A stretch of 63,490 nt of DNA, the filler included, from Reticulomyxa filosa (Eukaryota; Protista; Foraminifera), in the NCBI GenBank assembly GCA_000512085.1. It is 14 parts of 14 records of this genome, joined end to end, with 100 filler letters (N's around TTAATTAATTAA, not from the genome) between each part and the next. Parts side by side here need not be neighbours in the genome. Positions count along the whole stretch, not along the records: positions 32,863 to 40,428 come from ASPP01002605.1; positions 40,529 to 42,095 come from ASPP01014298.1; positions 42,196 to 45,058 come from ASPP01012265.1; positions 45,159 to 46,281 come from ASPP01010368.1; positions 46,382 to 48,458 come from ASPP01012968.1; positions 48,559 to 52,008 come from ASPP01000995.1; 8 more parts are not named here. One strand, 5' to 3'. Made by a program: the position numbers and the translations under genes. Position 1 is the stretch's first letter, and every line of letters begins with the position of its first letter. This document shows, piece after piece, positions 37,301-49,624 of the stretch. The notes below the pieces were generated by a model that was not told the DNA's origin, searched no databases, and was given only the letters and a program-made list of their open reading frames with translations.

Positions 37301-40300
37301 ATACTCCAGCTCCATGAAAAAAATCGCGATGCATTTAAAGGGCGAATCTTTGAATATTGCGTTTCAATATGCGATGAATGGTCTGAAGCATGAAAATTTG
37401 GACATTCGAAAATTCTATGTGGACTTATTGGCGGCAGTGTCGACGCAATGGAACAAAGGACAGTTTGACAAAATTTTTGTATGTTTGATGACAAACGTAT
37501 CCAAAGATAAGGATAGACACGTTCGTTATTCGTGTGCACAAGCAATTCAAAAGCTCTTTCTAAAACTGAATGAAAAGCAAGTAAATGAAGTTTTTGACTA
37601 TTTGATAAATGGATTCCATGATGCGAATAAAAATGTGCATTATTCATGTGCAGAGTCACTTGGCAAGTTTGCACGCAAGTTTAGTCCACTTCAACTGAGT
37701 GCTGCTTTCCAATATTTCATTGAGAGATTCAATAACAGACGTGAAGATATGTTGGTCCGTGTAACGTGTGCAGAGTCTCTTGGAAAAATAGCGACGAAAC
37801 TAAATCAAATGCAAGTGAATGAGGTTTTGAAATGTTTGACAAATAAGTTGGACGATGAAAAGGAAGACAAATTCGTTCGGAAATATTGTGCATACTCGCT
37901 TGAGATCATTCTAATGGAATTGCGGAAATTTGGAGGCACTTATGTATGCGTGCCGCCAATTCAACTCGTGGAAGAAAATTTGATCAGATTCAATGCGAGA
38001 CAAGCCACGAATACTCTCATTCATTTGCTCAATGGACCCACGTATAAAAAGGCATCCCTCCGTTTTAGCTGTGTGGAGGCACTTGCAAAACTGGCTCTGA
38101 AATTAACTGGAAAGGAATTCAGTGCTGCCTTCGACGGTCTGATCAATGGATGCAAAGATAAAAACTCCAAAATTAGACATGAGTGCACAGAAATGATCAA
38201 AGACATTGTCCCGAAATTGGATAGGGGACAATTAGATGAGGCATTTGAATGTCTGCTCAACGAATTTCGAGATAAAAACTCGAGTGTTCGTTGTTCATGT
38301 GCAGGCATACTCCGAACAATAGCTTTGAAATTGGATGAAAAACGCTTGGATAGAATTTTGAAATGTTTGATCGAGGGATTGAATGACGAATATGGGAGTA
38401 TTCGTGATTCTTGCACAGATGTGATCCGAGTGATCGCATTGAAATTGAATGCCAAACAATTGAATGAAACATTTGCCAATTTGATCACTGGATTCATTGA
38501 CGAAAACAAAGAAGTTCGCCATTCATTTGCAGAAACGCTTAAAACGTTTGTGAATGAATGGAATGATACACAACTGTGGTTATTGGTGAAAAATGGTTTG
38601 CAAAATTTGAAAAACAGTCATAGGAATGTGCGTCTGACTCTGAATGGACTATTGTCAGAATTATCCAATGATATGTGGAAGCGTCTCATCATACATGTAT
38701 TGAAGAACCCATCGATGGATAGACAATCCACACAACAAAATCCATTGGATGAAAACAATGAAGTGAACAACAATGACAATATTGAAATACAAATACTGGC
38801 ATTTGGTTTGTGGACATATAATCCCCGTCTTCAACTCAATTTCAATGATGGTCATGATAATATCAGTGCCGATGATTTTAATACTTTGATTCGTTATTGC
38901 AATAAACAGGCCATAGAGTGGAACTTTCCATCCGAACAAAAATGGAGTGCTTATGAAGATGTTCCATATCCTCGTCTGGTCAATGTTTCCAACATAAATA
39001 AATGCAAAGATCGTTTTAGAGTCGCTTGTGAAGCAGCACAATCTGGTGATATAACGCAATTGAAATTTGCATTGGAACATTATCACTTTGATATCAATGA
39101 TGCGTTCGATGAACAGGGATACACTCCATTGCTTTTGGCAATAGATAAAAAACATTGGGATATTGTCCGTTATTGTATTGCGCAAGGTGCATGGATCGAC
39201 ATCAGAGGGAGTATTTTTGATTCAACCACCTTGCAAACACCTTTTGAATGTATCGTAAAAAAGATTAGCAAAGAGAAACAAAAAAAGAAAGCCAACATGA
39301 GTGAAAAAGAATATTCGAAAATGATCAACACATGCAAATGGATGCTGAGACAACGAACAATATATCCAATGGAGCAAATTGAATATGCTATTGACTATGT
39401 CAAGGACAGGTTAACTAGAGTCGCGGATGATAAAAGCTATAAGACATTGTTGCAAGAGGGTGCAGGTTTTTTGTTGGGAGAGAATCAAAAAGAATTGCAG
39501 GAAACATTGACGAATAATAATTTATTGTATTGGTCAGCCAGTCGAAATGTCAGCCTCATTGAATCCGAAAAGTCACAAAAAAAAAAAAAAAAAAAAAAAA
39601 GAGCCGATGAAGAATGGCAGATCACTCCATTTCTTATTCTTCGAATATTTTTGTTGTTTGAAACGTGTGTGCGCTTGAAACGAAATGAAAAAAGAAACAA
39701 TGAATTACCAATGAACATAACACTTGAACAAGTGTATGAAAAAGGAGTGAAAGAATTGCAAGTGCAATTGACAACTTATTGGGATTATCTCACGACTGAA
39801 GAGTTTGAAAAGGATTGTCCAGAGTTAATTGATGATTGGAGTTGCAATGTAGTAGATCGTTTAATGGGTTTGAAATCGATATCATCGAACGAATGTTGTG
39901 AAATCAGTTTGGCGGTTGGTCATAAAAAGCATTGTATTTATTTAAGTTTGTGTAAAACACTTACTTCTATTTTGGTTCGAATTGATAATCGATGGATGAA
40001 AACAGTTCCATCCAATATATCTCCTCCCAAAAAGATTGACAATGATTGCGAATGGGCACAACCATATTTGGTTTCATATTTCCAATGCAGTGGCTCCAAT
40101 GTCAAGCAAAATAAGGAATGGCTAAAAGAGTATATCAAAAATGCTACCAAATTGAGAGACAGTCAAAGCAAAAAGAGTATGAAACATTTGTATTGTAGTG
40201 ATGGCAATGATTTCCCTCCCCCTCGTGAGGGAAGCTCTCCAATGATTACAGATAATTGGCCTTATTGTCGAGTTTCAATTGATGCAAATACTTGTTATTT

Positions 40301-40421
40301 GCAAAACCATGATGTTGGATATCGAATTCGACTGGGCGAAGCCATTTTTCAATGGTTTTGTGATCAAGAAAGCAAAAGTTTTGTATTTTCTGAGAACAAA
40401 AAAGCGACAACGGAATTTTGA
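34309..40421 (+). CDS. NLR-like STAND protein: NACHT + HEAT repeats + ankyrin repeats + uncharacterised C-terminal domain; apparent frameshifts at ~35380-35425 and ~35817
   Basis: Walker A GEAGSGKS, Walker B LILDGFD, VTSRP, HIPLYL. Winged-helix FPHFTF/QAWFAAYYL spans a T-run frameshift. About 39-aa HEAT units (DxxxxVRxSCAxxLxxI). Ankyrin GYTPLLLAIDKKHWDIVRYCIAQGA. Confidence 0.85.
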
Positions 40422-40589
40422 AACAGGGNNNNNNNNNNNNNNNNNNNNNNNNNNNNNNNNNNNNNNNNNNNNTTAATTAATTAANNNNNNNNNNNNNNNN
40501 NNNNNNNNNNNNNNNNNNNNNNNNNNNNTTTTTTTTTAAGTTTTTTTTTTTTTTTGTATGTGTGTCCCCCCCCCCCCCCAAAAAAAAAA

Positions 40590-42095
40590 GTGGTTTCAAT
40601 TGGTTGTGTACAACATCGCGTATACGTTGGCCCTTTATGGACTGATGCTGTTTTATATGGCTGTTAGATCCGACATTCGAGCGTTTTCTCCTGTGCGAAA
40701 ATTCTTTGCGGTGAAAATAGTGATATTCGCTACGTACTGGCAGGGCCTCGCGGTGACCATCGCTCCAGGGATGACCGTGGAACACGCAATGAAATGGAAT
40801 GATTTCATTTTGTGCGTGGAAATGAGCGTGTTTGCGTTTATTCATATGAGGTCATTTCCGTGGTGGGAGTTTAAAACAGGAATACCAGAGTACGATGTCG
40901 TCAATGCTTCTCTCTCAGTTTTTTTTACTCGAGGCTGTTCTCTGTTACGCCAAAAACATTGCCACTATTTTTTTTTTTTTTTTTTTTTTTAGATAAATGT
41001 TGGTTTGTGGTTGGCCAATGTGTAGAGTCTATTTAAAAAATTAAACCAAGAATAAAAGATAGAAGAGACAAAATGGGGAAGGGGTGCACCCCTTTTTTAT
41101 TAAAAAATAAAAAAAAAAATAAATTGGACAATAATAAAGTAACACTTGGCAAACATAATAAAAAGGTTCTATCGTTCAAAGATGTCGGCCGTGACGTGTA
41201 TCACAACATAATGCCAGCATATCAAACCTACGTATTGCAGAGCTCGGATGGGGACAATCCGCAACGGGTGTCCGAACGCGGACCTACATGCTGGGCAACA
41301 TAGATGACCCAAAGTGCATAATCGGTTCTTCTTTTCTCAAACCTTGGAAGGGAAAGCGGACTCATGGCAAGCGTTGCAAGAGAAAGCCGCGAACCCTTCG
41401 CTCGCTCGTGACGAAGAGCATGACGACAAGGAGACAAACCCGCATACTCATCCGCAACACAAACAAAGCACTGCGAAGAAGACGAATGAAAAGACTCGTG
41501 AGACAGATCTCACTCCAAGCGACACTATAAACGATCATGCTCCTAATGGCCCCGAGCTACAGCAGCAATTGTTGATGCAGAAAACCAAAGGGTCTTCGTC
41601 GTCGGATGAACATGACAACAGCGACGATGTCGAGGAACGACAATGGAGTGACGAAGAATCAGATGGCCTAATGCAAGGCAAGTGGGCACACATTACAGAC
41701 TCGCAACGTCGTAATGCCGACAATCTTGACAATAATGATCCCAAACAAACGGGAGTCACTGTACTCAATATTATGGACACAAGTTCTGTTTTACACTTTT
41801 CTTTTTTTCATTCCCCCCCTCTTTTGAGGACAAGGAGGAGGGGGGGGGGCTTATTTAAAAAAAAAAAAATGAACTTTGTGGGGGGGGGGGGGGGGGTGGA
41901 TGGTGAATACTTGACAGACGACAATACAAAGCATTCAAATATCATAAGCGGCAAAAAAAACTTTGAATAACAGAAAACCTGATGCTTCCAATGTCGTTGC
42001 AAAGACAACGTCAGAGAACAAAGGAGACAATACAATTACTACATCCTCACCTTCAGGGGAAATACAATCGTCTTCCTCTGATTCCAGCACCGATT
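40590..42095 (+). CDS. TMEM184: TMEM184/OST-alpha family transporter, 3' part (both ends truncated)
   Basis: YNIAYTLALYGLMLFY..FSPVRKFFAVKIVIFATYWQG..NDFILCVEM..H..F, then the DVGRDV motif and an acidic tail. Confidence 0.85.
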
Positions 42096-42195
42096 NNNNN
42101 NNNNNNNNNNNNNNNNNNNNNNNNNNNNNNNNNNNNNNNTTAATTAATTAANNNNNNNNNNNNNNNNNNNNNNNNNNNNNNNNNNNNNNNNNNNN

Positions 42196-42498
42196 AGCTG
42201 TACAATTTCCAATCGCAGCTCGACTGTGGATTTGGCTCCAAATCCAACCAGATCATCCCGTACTTTGAATTGTAACCCGACAGGTAATCGATCAATTGAT
42301 TCATTTGAGTAGTTGCACTCATGCTACGGCAAGGGAAAGCATACACATCAACATATTGGAAACCTGCTGATCTTGCGTTGGCAATATTGATTGGGGCGTT
42401 GGAATCTGTTTTGTTTTGTTTTGTTTTGTTTTATTTTTTAATGGTCGTTGGTCACCAGACTGAGACAAAACGAAATGCAAACTAAAAAATGGAGTGAC

Positions 42499-42544
<46 letters not shown>

Positions 42545-42736
42545 GTATATGTTAGGACCTGTTTGACCAGACGACTGATATCCTCGGACGATCGCAATCG
42601 AGTAGCCAGAGTTGTTAAAACAGGTAAATGTACTGACTGAAGTTGGAGTGGCTAAATCAATTGCATTCAACGCATCAGTTCCCCACAACGATAAAGAAAG
42701 GCTTAGTAATCTTACAATGTTTCTCCACAAAGCCAT
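42196..42736 (-). CDS. Secreted GH25-like (protist/nematode Lys-type) lysozyme, 3' truncated
   Basis: Signal peptide; AIDL..SVSTFTCF..GYSIAIVRGYQSSG..N..NARSAG..VDVYAFPC..YGMIWLDLE. Confidence 0.85.
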
Positions 42737-43493
42737 GTTTTACAGAAAAAGGCGACTAAATTTTACTCTTTTCGGTCGAATTGTGATGTTTTTTTGACGC
42801 TGTTTTCCTTTCTTTTCACAAAGTACTAAAAAAAATACGAACAAAAAGAAACGTTAAAAAATAATTAACTTAGGAGTATTAAAAGAATAATTGTTTTTTT
42901 TGAAATAAAAAAGCATACCAAAAACAAATTCTGAAATTGTCAATTTTTTTTGCCTATTACATTAGCACTAAGAATATTTAAAAAGTTTGTTTAAGACTTT
43001 ATCAACTATTAAAAACTAACTTAATACTTGAAAAAGAATACGCTAACATTTATTAATATCACAAAAAAACATAATGTATGATATTTAGCATTTGAAAAGA
43101 AATTATGTAAACTAATGGGCAATACTTAACTATATTGACAAAGAATAATTAGAACCAGATTGTTTTGTGCTATGTTCATGCAATTCGAATATTATATCAT
43201 TAGTATAATTATATTGTTTATAGCAAAGTTGTAGCAATGTTTTAATTATTGTTATCCAAGTTGAATTGTATGAAAATGCGTTTTTTTTCGTAGTTTCTTT
43301 TATTTCATGTTCTTTTCAAAGAGAATCCTAACAAGCATTCTCAAACTTCGTGCTGACATTGAAGTCATGAAACGATTTTGCCGAAAAGGAAAACAAGTAG
43401 CTATCATTATGACAAATTGATTAAATCATTGGATGGAATGAATAAAAACTTACTCAACAAAAAGCAACAACTTCCAACAATGAAGAAAAGCGA

Positions 43494-44350
43494 ATGAAAA
43501 CTTGCATCTCTGGATTGGTTTATTCAGGTTTTGGTGAGCACTCGAGTACTGTGTACATTCTTCAATATTTATCATTTGATAGCAATCAATTTCTTTGTTC
43601 TGGATCAGCTGATAAGACAGTACGTGTATTGGATTTGGATACTGCTAAACAAATCCAGATTTTTGCTAGTCATTCAGACTGTGTTTGTAGTGCAAAATTT
43701 TCTCTTTATAATCGTAATTACAGTCCTATTATCTGTTCAGCATCGAATGATAAAACCATTCGTTTTGGCATATCAAAACCGCCAAGAAATATCCAACTTT
43801 TAATGAACATACTCAGTCTGAGTTTTATTTCATTACTGACTGAAGATATTTGTGTTCTTGTAGGGCAAATCCCTATTATAAGTGTCTGAACGTCAAGGGA
43901 ACGGAGCAATCCCCAGTATGTTAAACTTCATCAACAAACTTACTTCTTCTTTCTTACTTTTCTTTACTTTTCTTTTGTTATCTTGTTTTATTATTTAAAT
44001 TTCTTTCGTTTTACGAAACCCTTATTCTCTTCTTAGTAAACACCTCTCGTATTACAGTTAGTGTACCAATACTATCAGCAGACGTCCCACATTCTGGATC
44101 ATTAGATCTTACTGTTAAGTTGTGGGATGTTGAAACATCCAAATCGTTGCATGTTTTCAAAGGACATAACAATAGAGTAAGCAGTGTACAATATTCCCGA
44201 GCTGAACTAAGTGTTGTTGGCGGAAATGTGATTTGCTCTGCATCAGATGATAGAACTGTTTGGTTGTGGAATATTCGAACAGAAAATTGCATTTATATGT
44301 TCACACACAAAAATCGCGTGCGTGCTGTTGACAATAAGTCTTTTTTCACT
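43494..44350 (+). pseudogene. Degenerate WD40-repeat gene
   Basis: CSGSADKTVRV, ICSASNDKTIRF, WDVETSKSLHVFKGHNNRV..ICSASDDRTVWLWN, broken by stops and frameshifts. Confidence 0.7.
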
Positions 44351-44585
44351 TAATATTCTCATTGAAAACTTTCAAAGTTTTTTTTATTATCATTATCATA
44401 GTAGAATTTACCATCATCAAACAGTAGTTCAAAGTGGATTTCCTCCACTGTTACAACGCTTAATTTGGATTATAAATTCACTTTCTACAAAAAAATCACA
44501 TTTAAGTGGGATTTCAAAAATAATTTTTTTTAAAATTATTGCAAAGCCTTTTTTCATTTTTATCTATCCAATTAGTAATCAATCA

Positions 44586-45048
44586 ATGTTGGCTTTACTG
44601 GGCCAAACTGCAAATGTGGAAAAAGAATTGCAAGAATGTCAAAGTCAAATTGACGATCTAAAAGCAAAGATAACTGAAAAACAAAGAGGGCATGGTATGT
44701 GGTATGTCACGTTATTGTTAGTGTTGCCAGGGGTGGTTCTTTCTCCGCCCCCGCCCCCGCCCCTCCCCCTCCCTCCCCTCTTTAACTTCCCACTTCCTAC
44801 TTGCTGTTTGCAAGTGATCTGGGCTGTTTAAGCATTGTTTGTATTAAACTACAAAAAGACGTCAGCGCGCTGAAGACGTATCACAAAAGTAACCCCCTCA
44901 AAGAAGAGATAAAAAATGGTCGATCGGGACAGTTCATTGTTCGCAAAAAATTACCGGGTCATTTTGGAAAGATCTACGCCTTGCATTGGGCCCACGACAG
45001 TGTTGATATTGTTTCCGCATCACAAGACGGCAAACTATTGGTTCGTTG
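44586..45048 (+). CDS. Heterotrimeric G-protein beta subunit, 5' part
   Basis: N-terminal coiled coil, then [30 protein letters not shown] (G-beta [21 protein letters not shown]). Confidence 0.9.
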
Positions 45049-45174
45049 ATATGTCCCTNNNNNNNNNNNNNNNNNNNNNNNNNNNNNNNNNNNNNNNNNN
45101 NNTTAATTAATTAANNNNNNNNNNNNNNNNNNNNNNNNNNNNNNNNNNNNNNNNNNNNAAAAAAAAAAAAAAAA

Positions 45175-46147
45175 GGATGCACCACGTGTGGAGGCTTGCA
45201 GAAGAATCGATCGTTGTCGCCAACTTCGTTTGAAATATGTGTACAAACAAGACCAGTTTTCTTTTGGACAGCCAGGTTGGTATAATTGTGCATTTTTTTT
45301 GACAGTTTGCAAAAAAAAAAAAAAAGGGTTTTTTTTTTTTAAACAAAAAAAGGTGAATTGCTTGAGTCGAGGTCGAAGTCGGACCAACTGAGCAGAGACT
45401 TTGGATTGTCGCCAAAGTCGTTGTCGAACAAGTGGACTGTGATGTTCGAACACGGCACTGCCCATTTGGTAGATGTCGAAACCAAGCAAGTAAACGCGCT
45501 GCTGGAAGATATTCCTAGCTGTGCGGACTTTTTGAGTGATTTGGATCAAGTCATGGAATTGACCACGTTTGGCCCCGCAAAGACTTTGTGTACGTTATTG
45601 TGATAATTGGATATATATACATATATGCATATATGTATATATATGTTATGTATATGTACATATATATATATATATATTCATTTGTTTATTGATCTATTTG
45701 AAAGGCTATCGACGATTGCAAATGCTAGAAGCACGTTTTGAATTGCATTTGCAATTGAACGACGAGACTGAACTAAAAGAGTCGCGACAAGTGCCTTATC
45801 GGGATTTTTATAATGTTCGCAAAGTGGACAATCACATTCACCACTCTGCATGCATGCATCAGGTTACACACAATATCTTTCTTTCTTTCTTTCTTTGATG
45901 TGTTGTGTAATCCTCCCTCCCCCCCCCCCTCTCCCCCTCTCTCTTCTTCCACTTTCACACTCTATCGCACAACGTTTGCACACATTCGATTGCAGAAACA
46001 TTTGCTGTCGTTTATGCAGTCCAAGCTAAAGAAAGAGCCCAACGCCATTGTGCAAAAAGACGAAAAAGGCAAAGAGATGACTCTGAAAGAAGTATTTGAC
46101 AAAATTGGTATTGGGCCGAATGAGTTGTCCATCACGTTGTTAGACGT
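45175..46147 (+). CDS. AMPD: AMP deaminase, internal fragment
   Basis: GPAKTL..YRRLQMLEARFELH..LN..E..VPYRDFYNVRKVDNHIHHSACM.QKHLL.FM..KL..MTLKEVF. Confidence 0.93.
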
Positions 46148-46242
46148 GTTAAGTTGTCATATATGCACATACATATATAAAAAAATATATACATACACAT
46201 ATTTATATGTATGGTTGTCTGTAATGTTCAATGGACATATTT

Positions 46243-46281
<39 letters not shown>

Positions 46282-46410
46282 NNNNNNNNNNNNNNNNNNN
46301 NNNNNNNNNNNNNNNNNNNNNNNNNTTAATTAATTAANNNNNNNNNNNNNNNNNNNNNNNNNNNNNNNNNNNNNNNNNNNNCATCATCATCATCATCATC
46401 ATCATTAACA

Positions 46411-48094
46411 ATGACAACAGGAGGAGGAGGAGGAGGAGGAGGAATGGGAATAAGCAAGAAGGAAATTCCGACACTAGATCACTCGAAGATCAAGTACGAG
46501 CCATTTCGCAAGAACTTATACGTGACAGCGCCGGAGATAGCACGGATGACAGACGCAGAAGTACAGAGCTACCGCGAGCAGACATTGGAGCAGTGCAAAG
46601 TGTTTGGACGCGACTGCGCACGTCCGATAATGAAGTGGACGCAGTGCGGCTTTCCGCATAAGATGATGTTGTGTCTGCAGCACTACGGATACACGAAGCC
46701 ATTTGCAGTGCAAAGTCAGGCATTGCCGGCGATAATGTCGGGACGCGACGTGATCGCATCGGCAAAGACAGGGTCGGGCAAGACATTGGCATTTGTGTTG
46801 CCAATGTTGCGTCATATTTTGGATCAGCGTCCGGTGAGATCAGGAGAGGGTCCAATTGGATTGATCTTGGCACCGACGAGAGAGTTGGCAGCGCAGATTT
46901 ATAATGAGACACGTCGCTTTTCGCAGCCGTTGGGATTGAGTTGCAGCGCAGTGTATGGAGGCGCGTCGGTGTCGGAGCAGATTGCGATGTTGCGCAAAGG
47001 CAGTGAGATCGTGGTGGCCACTCCTGGACGCATGATTGATATGCTATGTACCAATCAAGGCAGATTGGTGAACTTGCAAAGAGTGACCTATTTGGTACTC
47101 GACGAGGCCGATCGCATGTTCGATCTCGGCTTTGAGCCGCAGATCCACGCCATTGTTAAGAACATTCGACCAGATAGACAGACGGTGATGTTTAGCGCTA
47201 CATTCCCAAAGCCCATTGAAAAGATGGCCAAACAGATTCTGACGGATCCTATTCAGATCATTGTGGGCAATGTTAGCACCGTTTGCGAAGATGTCGTGCA
47301 ATGTGTGCAAGTAATGGACAACGAAGACCAAAAGTTTGAGGCCTTGCTTCGACTGCTATCCCAATGGTATGGCAAAGGCAATATCCTCATTTTCATGGAC
47401 AAACGTGAGGCTGTCGATCTTCTCTACAAGAAACTTCAAGACAATGGCTACTTCTCTTTAGTCCTTCACGGCGGTGTCGATCAGACTGATCGCGATTTTA
47501 CCATCCTCGAATTCAAAAACAAACGCAGAAGCATCTTGATCAGCACTTCCATTGCCGCCAGGGGACTCGACGTCAAAGATCTCAAGGTCGTCATCAACTA
47601 CACTGCTCCTCATCACTACGAAGACTACGTACACAGAGTCGGACGCACCGGACGTGCCGGCACGCGCGGCGTCGCGTACACCTTGCTCACGCGCGACGAA
47701 GGCAGGTTCGCCGCAGACATTGTCAAGGCCATGACCAAGTCCAATCAGACTCATAACATACCCGAGGAACTGCGACAGATGGTTCGCGAGTTCCAAGACT
47801 CGGTCAACAGCGGCGATGAAAAGGTATTTCGACATCGCGGCTTCCACACCAAAGGCTTCAAGTTTGACGAGGCAGAGGCCTTGCAGAAGCACATGCAGAT
47901 CGAACGTCAAAAGTACGTGTATGGAAATGCACAGGAAATATCCGATTGGGACCTGCCCGATGGCAAAGATCAACTCCTTTCCTCTACCGCTAATGCCACT
48001 AACGCCAATGCGGATAAAAATGTCAATGGCAATGATGATGCATCTCATGATATGGATAAGACTGATCAATCACTGTCAAATGATAAAGAACATC

Positions 48095-48126
<32 letters not shown>

Positions 48127-48417
48127 GATTCATCTTCTTCTGCCAATCGCTTCAACAAAGAATTAGAACGAATCAAAAAAGGACTTCGCATTGCCACCAA
48201 AATGGTCAATCGCAAAGAGGACGCCGAAAAAATCAAGGAAAGTGTCAACCGCATCATGAACGTCGAAAAACGAAAACAAGAAAAAGAAACCAAAGCCAAA
48301 GTCGCCAAGGTCGCTCAAATGATTTCCAAACAGTTAAGTACCAATGCGCTCAACAACGACAAAGACTCTGCCAATTCCAATGCTATCAATGGTCTCAATT
48401 CCAACGCCAATGGCGGT

Positions 48418-48458
<41 letters not shown>
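46411..48458 (+). CDS. DDX46: DEAD-box RNA helicase DDX46/Prp5 (partial)
   Basis: DHSKIKYEPFRKNLY, AKTGSGKT, PTRELA, TPGRMID, DEADRMFDLGFEPQ, SAT, ARGLD, HYEDYVHRVGRTGRAG, KGFKFDE. Confidence 0.93.
48418..48458. repeat. (AAC)n trinucleotide repeat (poly-Asn) at contig end
   Basis: Direct reading. A related (AAT)n run lies at ~48094-48125, and (CAT)n/(GGA)n runs at 46382-46443. Confidence 0.95.
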
Positions 48459-49624
48459 NNNNNNNNNNNNNNNNNNNNNNNNNNNNNNNNNNNNNNNNNN
48501 NNTTAATTAATTAANNNNNNNNNNNNNNNNNNNNNNNNNNNNNNNNNNNNNNNNNNNNTTTAATTTAAATTCCAAAAACGCCTTCTTACTTTCTTAAAAC
48601 GTGTTTTTCTGCTCCATGTTCGCTACACTATCACAACAACAAACAAAAATTAAAATATTTGTTATTTAAAAAAAAATGTAAAAAGTTCTACAAAAACAAA
48701 ATATTAAAAAAATTTTGTATCTATGTAAACTTTTGTTTATCTACAAGTAATAGAGATTGCAACATTGATTATTGGAAAAAAGTCAATATTGTAACAACAC
48801 TTGCAAAAAAATATTTACAAACAATAAATGTTTAAATGGATCAAAAACCTGTTAAATAATTTTTTTGTTCTTACGAACGTTCGCAAAGTTTTTTTTTTTT
48901 GCACTTTGAACAAAAAAGTCCATTTTGTTTTTGAGCAAGCCTTGCCTTTGCTTTGGATTTGTGACTTACACACTCGGCAATAACAAAACGACTTGAAACA
49001 AAAGATAAAAAAACTAAGAAATCAATCTAAAAAAAAAGTCTTGCCCCTTTTGTCATTTACCCAATTTCTCAAAAAATTGAGCGTGCGTCAAAATGAAGGG
49101 ATTTATTTATCTATTATTAGCTTTTGTAATTTTTGCCAAAATAAAATCTTTGAGGTTTGCTCCATCAACTTTGACAATTAAAAAAAGCCCAAAACACGTA
49201 TGAACGTTCCCGACCAAAAAAAAATTTGACTTGGAAAAGGAGGAGAATAATCCTTCAATTAATGAATGAACTGAAGTAACAAAGGCAGCACTTCATATGA
49301 GTTCAGAAGTTTGGTGGGACGAAAAAAAAATTTGTAATAGGGAGCAACAAACATGGTACGACAGGAGTTGTTAATCTAGGTCGTTGAGTCTCGTCGTTCG
49401 TTGCACAGTGAAAATGCTGTCTCTTCGCCGTTAGTTTCAGAAGGTACGTATTTTATGTGTATATCTCTCTGTCCATCTTTTTATATGTTAGTGTGTTGTG
49501 GGTATGGATCAAGGTGCTAACACGATGTCCAAAACGAGCCGTAGTGCACGGGATATCCTAGCGTTAATTTTTTTTTTTTTTTTTTTTTAGGCGAAAAAAA
49601 TATTAGAAAAAATGAAAAAGAAAA

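Noticed and set aside
8773-45048. NLRs, 7TM-RGS, lysozyme and G-beta as one immune gene cluster
   Set aside because: They sit on different contigs separated by artificial linkers, so physical linkage is unsupported.
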